Shown here: one piece after another, positions 1-8,280 of the stretch
Position numbering within the stretch: position 1 is the stretch's first letter
Layout: each line of letters opens with the position of its first letter
DNA from: Candidatus Aegiribacteria sp.
Lineage (GTDB): Bacteria; Fermentibacterota; Fermentibacteria; Fermentibacterales; JCC-6
NCBI GenBank assembly: GCA_046498225.1
Contig: JAWOBF010000059.1
Location: forward strand, 8,900-72,899
Reading direction: 5' to 3'
Length of the DNA: 64,000 nt
The notes under the pieces: generated by a model
Databases searched by the model: none
What the model saw: the letters and a program-made list of their open reading frames with translations, nothing else
Told to the model about the DNA's origin: nothing
Made by a program: the position numbers and the translations under genes

Positions 1-1739
1 TTCAGGTCGAGGAATTCGTTCTCCTCCCACACCTCAAGCATGATGTCATCTATGTACAGGTCGGAGGAACTGCCCTGGGTGGCCCAGCGGAAACTCAGCG
101 TATCCCCCTGCCATTCGTCCAGTTCGTGGATGTTGATCCTCCAGGCGGGATCATTCCTCGTGAATGTCTGAAGGTAGAACCAGTTCTCTCCTCCGTCTGT
201 GGAGACCTCGACGCTGCCCAGGCAGGAACCGTTTGGAATGTTGTAGTAGCTCCAGAAGCTGAGCCTTCCTCCGCCGTTCTCCGGTATGGCGACGGTCCCG
301 GTCCAGGTCATGTTCCCGGTGCCTCCGGAGAGATAACTGCTGGGCGAGGAATGGTACTGGGAGGTGGTGGTGGACCAGTTGTTCATGGTGAAGGGTCCTC
401 CGGACCCGTCGTCATCAAGGACCACCTGGTAGCCTGAAAGCTCCTGCAGTGCGTAGGAACCGGCCTCCGGAACGCTGTTCCAGTTTATGGTGAATGGTGT
501 GGTCACCGCCCCAATGTCATCGATGACCGGCGTTCCCGGAACGTGGGGGTCGTAGGGGCAGCCGGCCATGAAGGCGGTGAGCAGATAGCTCCTGAGATTC
601 CTCCTGGTGAGCTTCACCGTTTCCTCCGGGGACGGCCAGAAACCGGCGAAGTCCGCGCCGGTCTCGTGGTTCCAGCTCATTGCGCCGTACAGGCCGTAGG
701 CATGGTCCCTGGTATTGCCTGAGCTGTAGTAGAGTATGTGAGAGGACTGCCCCCATAGATCTCCCGTGCCCCACTGCGCCATCAGCTCCGCCTGGGTCTC
801 GTAGGCGGTTACGTGGGTCGGGGGGTCGTCCTTGTAGCCCCAGGGGTAGATGAGAATGTTGCCGTAGGCATGGGTGGAGTGCATCTGGGCGGGCGGATGG
901 TCCTGCCAGAAGGCGTCCACGTTGTCTGTCTCCGGCTCGCTGAGTGGAGCGGTTCCCCTGTAGGTCTGGGAGCCGGGGTCGCCGCTGGAGCCGGCGCCTC
1001 CCCATCCTATGGTCCAGTTCCTGTTGAGGTCGATTCCATCCCCTCCGGCGCTCCAGTTCATGTTCTTCCTGTGCATGCCGCCGCCGCCGGGGGACTGCTG
1101 CTCGTTGTAGACGTACCCGTCCACGTTGTTGCACGGCAGGCACCAGATCTCCCTGTTGTCCAGGAGCCAGGTCGCCTGGAGCCCGCAGAATCCGTTCCCG
1201 CCGTAGTTGTCGCACAGCCACAGCATGAAGAAGCGGGTGTTCCTCATGGAAGCCGGCTCCCTGGCATGTATCAGGCCGTCGTACCACACGTTGGGAAGGG
1301 AAGGGTCGTCGAACCAGAAATCGTTATTGGAGGATATCTTCACAACCGTCTGGGGCCTTCCCTCGTAGGTGTTCCCGATGGAAGTGGGGGCGCTCGTTAT
1401 GTCCGGATAGGTGTCGTGCAGGTCCACCATCCAGTCGGACAGTTCGTCCCAGGTGAGGTAGCCTCCCATGGACCTGCCGTCGTACCGTCTGCTGTAGAAC
1501 CTCTCCAGGTCGTCTATCCTGGTGGTGAAGGGGATGCCTGCGGAAAGCAGCGCGGTGTACTCATTCTGGTTCACCACGCAGTCCACCGAACCGTCATCGT
1601 AGACCTGGACGATTTCGCAGCCGGTCCCGGCCAGCCTGTTCAGCTCGGTCCGGTTCAGGGGTGTTACGCTCACCAGGGCGTACCTGTCCGCAAGCAGGAT
1701 GGAAGCGGCCGCCAGCAGGAGCAGAAGTGTTCTTCTCAT
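1..1739 (-). CDS. Secreted M14-family zinc carboxypeptidase with a C-terminal beta-rich non-catalytic domain. The 3' end runs off the window, and it is absent from the ORF track because there is no stop in the window.
   Basis: My own translation from ATG 1739..1737 gives MRRTLLLLLAAASILLADRY (signal peptide). It is followed by HAREPAS (HxxE zinc ligands), NVDGY, GIDLNRNW and THAYGNILIYPWGY. The frame stays open to position 1, and codon usage is GC3-rich like the neighbouring genes. Confidence 0.85.
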   Translation of the reverse strand, partial: MRRTLLLLLAAASILLADRYALVSVTPLNRTELNRLAGTGCEIVQVYDDGSVDCVVNQNEYTALLSAGIPFTTRIDDLERFYSRRYDGRSMGGYLTWDELSDWMVDLHDTYPDITSAPTSIGNTYEGRPQTVVKISSNNDFWFDDPSLPNVWYDGLIHAREPASMRNTRFFMLWLCDNYGGNGFCGLQATWLLDNREIWCLPCNNVDGYVYNEQQSPGGGGMHRKNMNWSAGGDGIDLNRNWTIGWGGAGSSGDPGSQTYRGTAPLSEPETDNVDAFWQDHPPAQMHSTHAYGNILIYPWGYKDDPPTHVTAYETQAELMAQWGTGDLWGQSSHILYYSSGNTRDHAYGLYGAMSWNHETGADFAGFWPSPEETVKLTRRNLRSYLLTAFMAGCPYDPHVPGTPVIDDIGAVTTPFTINWNSVPEAGSYALQELSGYQVVLDDDGSGGPFTMNNWSTTTSQYHSSPSSYLSGGTGNMTWTGTVAIPENGGGRLSFWSYYNIPNGSCLGSVEVSTDGGENWFYLQTFTRNDPAWRINIHELDEWQGDTLSFRWATQGSSSDLYIDDIMLEVWEENEFLDL

Positions 1740-1825
1740 GATAACCTTCTCCAATGTGGGAATGTTGATTATTATTCGAAAATGCGATACCCGGTCGGAG
1801 TTTAATATATGCAGGGGAGGTTTCC

Positions 1826-3841
1826 ATGTCAGAGGGTTTCAGGGAAAAGATACTGAAGGGCATTCCGGATTCAATTCCACCCATGCCGCCGGATATGGAG
1901 GGTGTTATTCACGCTCCCGCCAGGCCCGACGTGCTGACCCTCGGCGAGAAGAAACTGGCCCTGAAGAACGCCCTGAGATACTTCCCCCGTGAATGGCACA
2001 TGGAACTGGCTCCGGAGTTCGCCGCGGAGCTGAAGACCGACGGCAGGATATACATGCGAAGGTTCAGGCCCACCTACGAGATGAAGGCCAGGCCCCTTGA
2101 CGAGTACCCGGCCCGGACCCCCCAGGCGGCGGCCATAATGCTGATGATACAGAACAACCTGGACAGGTCGGTAGCCCAGCATCCCCAGGAACTGATAACG
2201 TACGGGGGCAACGGTACGGTGTTCCAGAACTGGGCCCAGTACCTGCTCACCATGAAATACCTGGCGGAGATGACGGAGGAGCAGACCCTGGTCCTCTACT
2301 CCGGCCATCCCCTGGGGCTCTTCCCGTCCCGTCCCGACTCACCGCGGGCGGTGGTGACAAACGGAATGGTGATACCCAACTACAGCTCCCGCGAGGACTA
2401 CGACAGGATGGCCGCCCTGGGAGTGACCTCCTACGGGCAGATGACGGCGGGCAGCTTCATGTACATAGGCCCTCAGGGCATCGTCCACGGGACCACCATC
2501 ACCATACTGAACGCGGGCAGGAAGTACCTCGGCCTTCCCCCGGAGCGGGACCTGTCCGGAAAGCTGTTCGTAACGTCCGGCCTGGGCGGCATGAGCGGGG
2601 CCCAGGCGAAGGCATCGGTTATAGCCGGAGCGGTGGGGGTAATAGCGGAAGTGAATCCCGGGGCGGTGCGGACGAGGTACGACCAGGGCTGGCTGCAGGA
2701 GGTGGAGACTGACCTGGACAGGGTCCTGCTGAGGATAGACAGGGCCAGGAAGTCCGGTGAGCCGCTGTCCCTGGGATATACCGGCAACGTTGTGGACCTG
2801 TGGGAGAAACTGGCCCGGGAGGACGTACCGGTGGACCTGGGAAGCGATCAGACATCGCTTCACAATCCCTACTCCGGCGGCTACTACCCGGCCGGGCTGA
2901 CCCTGGAGGAATCCAACCGGATGATGGTGGAGGCCCCCGACAGGTTCAAAAAGATGGTCCGGGAGTCTCTCAGAAGGCAGGTCAGGGCCATCAACAGGCT
3001 CAGTGACAGGGGCATGTTCTTCTGGGACTACGGCAACGCCTTCCTTCTGGAGGCCTCCAGGGCCGGGGCCGAGGGAATACTGAAGGATGACGGCACCTTC
3101 TCATATCCGTCCTACGTGGAGGACATAATGGGCCCGGTCTGCTTCGACTACGGTTTCGGCCCCTTCAGGTGGGTATGCGCGTCCGGGGACCCGGGCGACC
3201 TGAGGACCACCGACGCGATAGCGGCGGAGGTACTGGAGGAGATGGCGGCGGTTGCAGGTCCCGAGACGAGACAGCAGATGCTGGACAACGTAAAGTGGAT
3301 AAGACAGGCGGAGGAGAACAGGCTGGTAGTGGGCTCCCAGGCAAGGATACTGTACGCCGACCGCACCGGCAGGATGAGGATAGCCGAAGCGTTCAACCGC
3401 GCGGTGTCCTCGGGGGAGATTAAGGCTCCCGTCGTGCTGGGCAGGGACCATCACGACGTGTCCGGGACCGACTCCCCGTACAGGGAGACGGCGAACATTC
3501 GGGACGGCAGCATGTTCACCGCGGACATGGCGGTGCAGAACGTCATCGGCGATTCCTTCAGGGGAGCCACCTGGGTCTCCCTGCACAACGGCGGCGGCGT
3601 AGGCTGGGGCGAGGTGATGAACGGCGGCTTCGGCCTGGTACTCGACGGCTCCCCGGAAGCCGGCGGGAGGGCCTCGGCCATGCTCAGCTGGGATGTCTCC
3701 AACGGCCTTGCCAGAAGGTCCTGGGCCAGGAACCCGGGAGCCATCTACGCGGCGAAGAAGGCCATGGAGGCGGAGCCGGCGATGAAGATTACCATTCCGG
3801 AGACAGCCGACGACAGCGTAGTGGACCGCTGCTTCGAGTAA
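1826..3841 (+). CDS. hutU: Urocanate hydratase, long (eukaryote/Bacteroidetes-like, 671 aa) form
   Basis: Motifs ITYGGNGTVFQNWAQY, GQMTAGSFMYIGPQGIVHGT, TSGLGGMSGAQAKA and LGRDHHDVSGTDSPYRETANIRDGS. GGAGG RBS upstream. Confidence 0.95.
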   Translation: MSEGFREKILKGIPDSIPPMPPDMEGVIHAPARPDVLTLGEKKLALKNALRYFPREWHMELAPEFAAELKTDGRIYMRRFRPTYEMKARPLDEYPARTPQAAAIMLMIQNNLDRSVAQHPQELITYGGNGTVFQNWAQYLLTMKYLAEMTEEQTLVLYSGHPLGLFPSRPDSPRAVVTNGMVIPNYSSREDYDRMAALGVTSYGQMTAGSFMYIGPQGIVHGTTITILNAGRKYLGLPPERDLSGKLFVTSGLGGMSGAQAKASVIAGAVGVIAEVNPGAVRTRYDQGWLQEVETDLDRVLLRIDRARKSGEPLSLGYTGNVVDLWEKLAREDVPVDLGSDQTSLHNPYSGGYYPAGLTLEESNRMMVEAPDRFKKMVRESLRRQVRAINRLSDRGMFFWDYGNAFLLEASRAGAEGILKDDGTFSYPSYVEDIMGPVCFDYGFGPFRWVCASGDPGDLRTTDAIAAEVLEEMAAVAGPETRQQMLDNVKWIRQAEENRLVVGSQARILYADRTGRMRIAEAFNRAVSSGEIKAPVVLGRDHHDVSGTDSPYRETANIRDGSMFTADMAVQNVIGDSFRGATWVSLHNGGGVGWGEVMNGGFGLVLDGSPEAGGRASAMLSWDVSNGLARRSWARNPGAIYAAKKAMEAEPAMKITIPETADDSVVDRCFE

Positions 3842-3874
3842 CACAATATTAAACATGTAGATGAAGGGATCAGA

Positions 3875-4957
3875 ATGCGCTGTCTGAACACTCTCATTGC
3901 GATGGTCCTCATCCCCTCAGCCCTTTTCGCGTGGGGCTTCCACGACGCCATGTGGAAGGGGACACCCGTCACATGCGTCACCTCGAAGCAGAGCGCCATG
4001 GGCGGCGTCTGGGCCCTTCCATCCAGCGGGGCGGCGTCCATATTCCTTAACCCGGCGGAGCTGTCCCTGCTGGAGGGGGCCGAGGTTAACGCCGCCGCAG
4101 CCATCATCGAATGGAAGTCATACGTATACGGCGCCCTGAACCACGATTACGTGCTTACCGGGACCGGCGGCGCGGCCACCTTTGCCCTGGGAGCGCCCCT
4201 TTCGGACAGGCTGGCCGCGGGAGGGGGCATCACCAGGGTGTCGGACTTCGGATTCCACGGTTACATGGGTGTGCTGGAGGAAACCGTCCCCGGGTTTTTC
4301 GAGGTCAATTCCATGCAGGTACTGGATTCGCGCGGTTCGCTCTGGGAGACCGGCGCCGGACTTTCCTATGTCATCACCGACAGGGTAACCCTCGGAGTAT
4401 CCGGCGGGCTCAGGTTCGGCAGCGGTTCGTACGAGTACAGGAACGATTACGTGCATGAAGGCTCCCTCGACGATACGGTGGAGGTAGACTGGAAGGAATC
4501 GGACATTTTCATCCACGGGGGCGTCCTGCTTCCCCTGGAGTTCGGCACCTTCGCCTTCTCCGGCACCAACGGCACCGGCAGGTACCGGTCCAGGCTGGCC
4601 GGGGGATTTCAGAGCGATTTCGAGGTGCTGCACGGCAGTACCCTGGGGATCGAGTTCGACATCCAGTCGGCCACGGAGAGACCGGCGTACTCCGGCAGGT
4701 TCTTCGCGCACTTCGCCGAGATGATACCCGGTGTCCGCTCCACCTACAGCATCGGCTTCAACAGAGCCACGGACTACCACCGTACAGCACTCTGCCTGGG
4801 GACCGGGGTAAGGATATTCCTGGGGGACGCTGACCTGGACCTGGGTGTCTCCTGGAACAGCAGGAGCAGGTTGGGGACACATTTTCCGGAGCCCTACGTC
4901 GACACAGTGGACGACTCCGGATTCTACTACTCCATCGGCATGGGCTGGAGGATCTAG
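3875..4957 (+). CDS. Outer-membrane beta-barrel protein (FadL/PorV-like class), function unknown
   Basis: Signal-like N-terminus MRCLNTLIAMVLIPSALFAWG. SAMGGVWALPSSGAASIFLNPAEL motif (MGG...NPA) as in FadL/PorV-type barrels. Alternating G/S/Y/F-rich strands continue to the C-terminus. Confidence 0.6.
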   Translation: MRCLNTLIAMVLIPSALFAWGFHDAMWKGTPVTCVTSKQSAMGGVWALPSSGAASIFLNPAELSLLEGAEVNAAAAIIEWKSYVYGALNHDYVLTGTGGAATFALGAPLSDRLAAGGGITRVSDFGFHGYMGVLEETVPGFFEVNSMQVLDSRGSLWETGAGLSYVITDRVTLGVSGGLRFGSGSYEYRNDYVHEGSLDDTVEVDWKESDIFIHGGVLLPLEFGTFAFSGTNGTGRYRSRLAGGFQSDFEVLHGSTLGIEFDIQSATERPAYSGRFFAHFAEMIPGVRSTYSIGFNRATDYHRTALCLGTGVRIFLGDADLDLGVSWNSRSRLGTHFPEPYVDTVDDSGFYYSIGMGWRI

Positions 4958-4966
4958 CGCGGTCTT

Positions 4967-5245
4967 TTACGACCCCTCTATCCTTCCGGCAAGGTCATCC
5001 GCGTACTTCCTCAGCTCCCTACGTCTTCTGCGCCACGACCCGCTCACGAAAAGAAGCAGGTCGGGGGTCACCGGCAGCTTCAGCTCCTCGGTCCCGCCGG
5101 TGGAAGTACTCCCGGTCAGGTGGGAAACCCTCCTGCCCATAACGCGGCAGAACCTGAAGCTCAGTCCGGGAAAGAGCGATCCCAGACGGTCCAGCTCACC
5201 GTCGAGAATGTCGAGAAGTTCCCCTGGTGCGGCGTCGTTGCCCAT
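4967..5245 (-). CDS. Small hypothetical protein (about 92 aa from ATG 5245)
   Basis: GC3-rich codon usage consistent with coding (ATG GGC AAC GAC GCC ...). No recognisable motif. It fills the gap between convergent and divergent neighbours. Confidence 0.3.
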   Translation of the reverse strand: MGNDAAPGELLDILDGELDRLGSLFPGLSFRFCRVMGRRVSHLTGSTSTGGTEELKLPVTPDLLLFVSGSWRRRRRELRKYADDLAGRIEGS

Positions 5246-5269
5246 GGCTCCCTTCGATGGCTTGCCTCG

Positions 5270-5299
5270 TTGACGAAACAATCCTGATTTGAATATACA
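5270..5299 (+). promoter_or_regulatory. Sigma70-like promoter candidate for the lipoprotein gene at 5334
   Basis: TTGACG (5270-5275), 18 nt spacer, TATACA (5294-5299). GAGGAGGAGG RBS at 5323-5332. Confidence 0.3.
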
Positions 5300-5333
5300 T
5301 GATAGTCATCAACCAATGAACAGAGGAGGAGGC

Positions 5334-5816
5334 ATGAGAAGACTTCTTGTATTCGCGGCCGCTTCAGCGCTTTTCGCGGCCTGCGGAGGAAACGGCGGCG
5401 GTACCCCCGGGGAAGCGGTGACCGGAATGTTCGACGCGCTGAAGGCGGGTGACGGCGCCGCAGCTGTGGCCTACATGTCCGAGAGCGCTCTCGAGGAGAT
5501 GGACGTACAGCTGGAGATGCTGAAGGTGGACCCGGAGGGGTCCTCCCAGCAGCTGGCCCTCATAGGGATCGAGATAGACGCGGAAGATATCCCGGGTATG
5601 ACCGCCCGCGACTTCGCCGCGGCCATGATATCCTCGCCCAGCATCGTTTCCATTATGCAGTCGGCGGAGGTCACCGTCGGTGAAGTGGAGATAGAGGAAG
5701 ACCTTGCCCGGGTCGAGGTCACTGTCACGGTAGCGGGAGACTCCGAGACCAATGTCATCGACGTGGTCAAAGAGGACGGTCAGTGGAAGGTCACCGAGTT
5801 CGGCATGAACATGTAA
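5334..5816 (+). CDS. Small lipoprotein of unknown function (DUF4878-like)
   Basis: MRRLLVFAAASALFAACGG has a lipobox Cys. Strong RBS 2 nt upstream. The longer TTG start at 5289 in the ORF track has no RBS. Confidence 0.7.
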   Translation: MRRLLVFAAASALFAACGGNGGGTPGEAVTGMFDALKAGDGAAAVAYMSESALEEMDVQLEMLKVDPEGSSQQLALIGIEIDAEDIPGMTARDFAAAMISSPSIVSIMQSAEVTVGEVEIEEDLARVEVTVTVAGDSETNVIDVVKEDGQWKVTEFGMNM

Positions 5817-5839
5817 CGGCCGGAACCGACTGATCCCTG

Positions 5840-5882
5840 AAGGGACCTGTGCTACAGGTACAGGTCCCTTTCGCCTTTCCGG
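5840..5882 (+). terminator. Hairpin terminator candidate downstream of the lipoprotein gene, built partly from the last codons of the convergent hydG-like gene
   Basis: AAGGGACCTG (5840-5849) pairs with CAGGTCCCTT (5861-5870), a perfect 10-bp stem with an 11-nt loop. It is followed by TCGCCTTTCC, which is only moderately T-rich. Confidence 0.35.
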
Positions 5883-7342
5883 ACCCTCTCCAGAAGCCCA
5901 GATACCCTCTGTCTGAGCTCGGGGCCGGGGAGCCGCTGAAGCTCGCTCTCTATCAGTTTCCAGCCCTTCTCCCTGGTCTCTTCGGAGGCATAGTCGTCGA
6001 GGTACTCGGCGAAGGTGAGTATGGCGTTGGGCATGCAGAGGGTATGCACCTTGCCGCTCTTTGCCACGTCCATGAAGTAATGGCCGGTCCTTCCGCACCT
6101 GTAGCCTGCCGTGCAGAAGCTGGTTATCATTCCCCGGTCCACCAGATCGGATATGACCTCCTCCAGTGTGCGGTCGTCCGCCAGCTGGAACTGCTCCCTA
6201 TCTCCGTTCTTCTCTCCGCCGGCGTAACAGCCCACACCGATGTTTGACCCTGCGTCCAGCTGGGTTATTCCAACCCCTGTCACATCTTTCCGCACCCTCT
6301 CCGGTTCCCTGGCGGTGAGTATGAGCCCGGTGTAGGGCACGGAGAGCCTGAGAACGGTCACCAGCTTCTTGAAATCACCGTCGCTCACCAGATGGTCCGG
6401 ATTCTCCACGAAGGGTGTGTTCACCGCCGGTTCAAGCCTGGGAAAGCTTATGGTGTGCGGGCCCACGCCGCCGAACTTCTCCTCCAGGTCCATCGTATGG
6501 AGCAGCAGGGCCATCACTTCGAACCTGTGGTCGAACAGGCCGAAAAGGGCGCCTATGCCCACATCGTCCACTCCGGCGTCCATGGCCCTGTGCAGGGCAT
6601 ACAATCTCCATCGCATGTTGCCTTTGAGGGTATCGGGAGGATGGACCCTGCGGTAGGTCGCAGGATGATAGGTTTCCTGAAAGACCTGGAAGGTGCCTAT
6701 ACCCACTTCGGACAACCTTCTGAGATCATCTATGCACAGGGGCGCCGCGTTGATGTTTGCCCTTCTGATCTCGTCGCCGCCCTGTTTCGTACCGTATACC
6801 ACTTCCAGGGTGTGGGCTATGAAATCGGCTCCGCTGGTGGGATGCTCGCCGTAGACCATGATGAGACGCTTGTGCCCCCGGGCTGTCAGGGCCCGAACCT
6901 CCGCCCTTATCTGCTCATCCGTCAGCCTCGTCCGGGTAACCGCGGTGTTCTCCCGCCGAAAACCGCAGTAGGCGCAGTTATTGACGCAGTAGTTGGATAT
7001 GTACAGCGGGGCGAAGAAGACGATCCTCCTGCCGTACACTTTCTGCTTTATCCTGAGTCCGGCTGTGAACATCTCCCGCCACAGCTCCTCGCTGCGGCAG
7101 TTGAGAAGGGCCGCCGTCTCAGGGGGGTCCAGCCTTTCCAGCTGAAGGGACTTGGCGATTATTTCTCGGACCATGGAGTCGGGAGGATCATTCTGCTCCT
7201 CCAGACAGCTCCAGATCAGCTCCTGGTCCACGAAATCCCTGCCGCCGGTCAGGTAGCGGTCGATCTCATCCTGTCTGACCACCGAATCTATCCAGCTCCT
7301 CTCGTTCTTTGTCAGGCCGCTCATGTCATCATTCCCCGTCAC
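5852..7342 (-). CDS. HydG/ThiH-family radical-SAM tyrosine-lyase homologue (HydG-like, with the C-terminal cluster domain)
   Basis: YISNYCVNNCAYCGF (CX3CX2C). C-terminal SFCTAGYRCGRTGHYFMDVAKSGKVHTLCMPNAILTFAEYL and terminal KGERDLYL are typical of HydG. An alternative start is at 7324 (MSGLTKNE), 4 nt after the mrp stop. Confidence 0.85.
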   Translation of the reverse strand: MTGNDDMSGLTKNERSWIDSVVRQDEIDRYLTGGRDFVDQELIWSCLEEQNDPPDSMVREIIAKSLQLERLDPPETAALLNCRSEELWREMFTAGLRIKQKVYGRRIVFFAPLYISNYCVNNCAYCGFRRENTAVTRTRLTDEQIRAEVRALTARGHKRLIMVYGEHPTSGADFIAHTLEVVYGTKQGGDEIRRANINAAPLCIDDLRRLSEVGIGTFQVFQETYHPATYRRVHPPDTLKGNMRWRLYALHRAMDAGVDDVGIGALFGLFDHRFEVMALLLHTMDLEEKFGGVGPHTISFPRLEPAVNTPFVENPDHLVSDGDFKKLVTVLRLSVPYTGLILTAREPERVRKDVTGVGITQLDAGSNIGVGCYAGGEKNGDREQFQLADDRTLEEVISDLVDRGMITSFCTAGYRCGRTGHYFMDVAKSGKVHTLCMPNAILTFAEYLDDYASEETREKGWKLIESELQRLPGPELRQRVSGLLERVRKGERDLYL

Positions 7343-8141
7343 CGTCGATCCGCTCGATGAGACCGGACACTATTCCCTCGAAGGTCCTGGCGAAGCCGGT
7401 TTTCCCGTAATGGTAGACAAATGGTTTTCCGCTGTCGCCGGACGCGACTATGTCCGGTTCGATGGGTATCCGTCCAAGAAAAGGCACGTCCATTTCGCGA
7501 GCCATCTCCTCCCCGCCCCCGGAGCTGAAGAGTTCTGTCTTCTCGCCGCAGTGGGGACAGACGAAACCGGACATATTCTCTATAACACCCAGGACGGGCA
7601 GTTTCAGGGCGCGGCAGAACTGTATGGACCTTCTCACGTCCGAGAGGGACATCTCCTGAGGGGTTGTTACTATCACGGCTCCGGTGGGCTCGGGTATCAG
7701 CTGTACAACCGAAAGGGGCTCGTCGCCGGTGCCCGGGGGGCAGTCAATCACCATGTAGTCCAGCTCTCCCCAGTTCACGTCCTGGAACAGCTGCTTTATC
7801 ACGTTCATCTTCATGGGACCGCGCCAGATAACCGGGTCCGTCCTGCTGCCCAGCATGAAATCCACCGATATGACCTTCAGCGCCCCCAGCTCCGCCGGAT
7901 CCAGAAGCTTCCCGTCAGCTGATGTGAGCCGGGTGCCCTCCATTCCCAGCAGCTTGGGAATGCTGGGTCCGTGGAAATCCGTATCCAGCAGCCCGGTGGC
8001 GTATCCCTGCAGGGAGAGTGAGATGGCCAGGTTGGCGGCCACGGTGCTCTTGCCTACGCCGCCCTTTCCGGACAGGACGAGAATACTGTTTCGGGCCGGG
8101 GATTTGTCGAGACTGAACGGCGCAGTTTTCTGATCGCTCAT
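7329..8141 (-). CDS. mrp: Mrp/ApbC/NBP35-family P-loop Fe-S cluster carrier ATPase
   Basis: VLSGKGGVGKSTVAANLA (deviant Walker A), DCPPGTGDE and the CPHCG motif. I prefer the start at MSDQK (8141) over the 8222 extension. Confidence 0.9.
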   Translation of the reverse strand: MSDQKTAPFSLDKSPARNSILVLSGKGGVGKSTVAANLAISLSLQGYATGLLDTDFHGPSIPKLLGMEGTRLTSADGKLLDPAELGALKVISVDFMLGSRTDPVIWRGPMKMNVIKQLFQDVNWGELDYMVIDCPPGTGDEPLSVVQLIPEPTGAVIVTTPQEMSLSDVRRSIQFCRALKLPVLGVIENMSGFVCPHCGEKTELFSSGGGEEMAREMDVPFLGRIPIEPDIVASGDSGKPFVYHYGKTGFARTFEGIVSGLIERIDGDGE

Positions 8142-8280
8142 GGTAACGGGACCTTTCCAGTATGTGATATCACGGCCGGTGTAAATCGGTATTAATATAA
8201 CTGTTCCCCGGTGGCGGGGCATGCGGGCACCTGTAAACAGCGGTATTGCCTCTGGAGGATTTCCTTACCATTGTAACGGC

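Noticed and set aside
813-1805. Long ORFs antisense to, or out of frame with, confidently identified genes. Examples are 517..1287(-), 813..1805(+), 9624..10811(-), 9719..11017(+), 13609..14862(+), 26045..27301(+) and 26560..27849(+). Others are 28371..29948(+), 34075..35337(+), 39288..40313(+), 58158..59144(-), 59382..60887(-), 59795..60883(+) and 61564..63000(+).
   Set aside because: Their translations are Arg/Gly/Pro/His-rich low-complexity sequences with no motifs. They overlap genes with unmistakable family signatures. Long stop-free alternative frames are expected in a roughly 60% GC genome.
5258-5275. A sigma-54-like TGGCTTGCCTCGTTGA element upstream of the lipoprotein gene.
   Set aside because: The spacing is off by one and the -12 element reads TTGA, not TTGC. 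The same TTGACG works better as a sigma70 -35 box.
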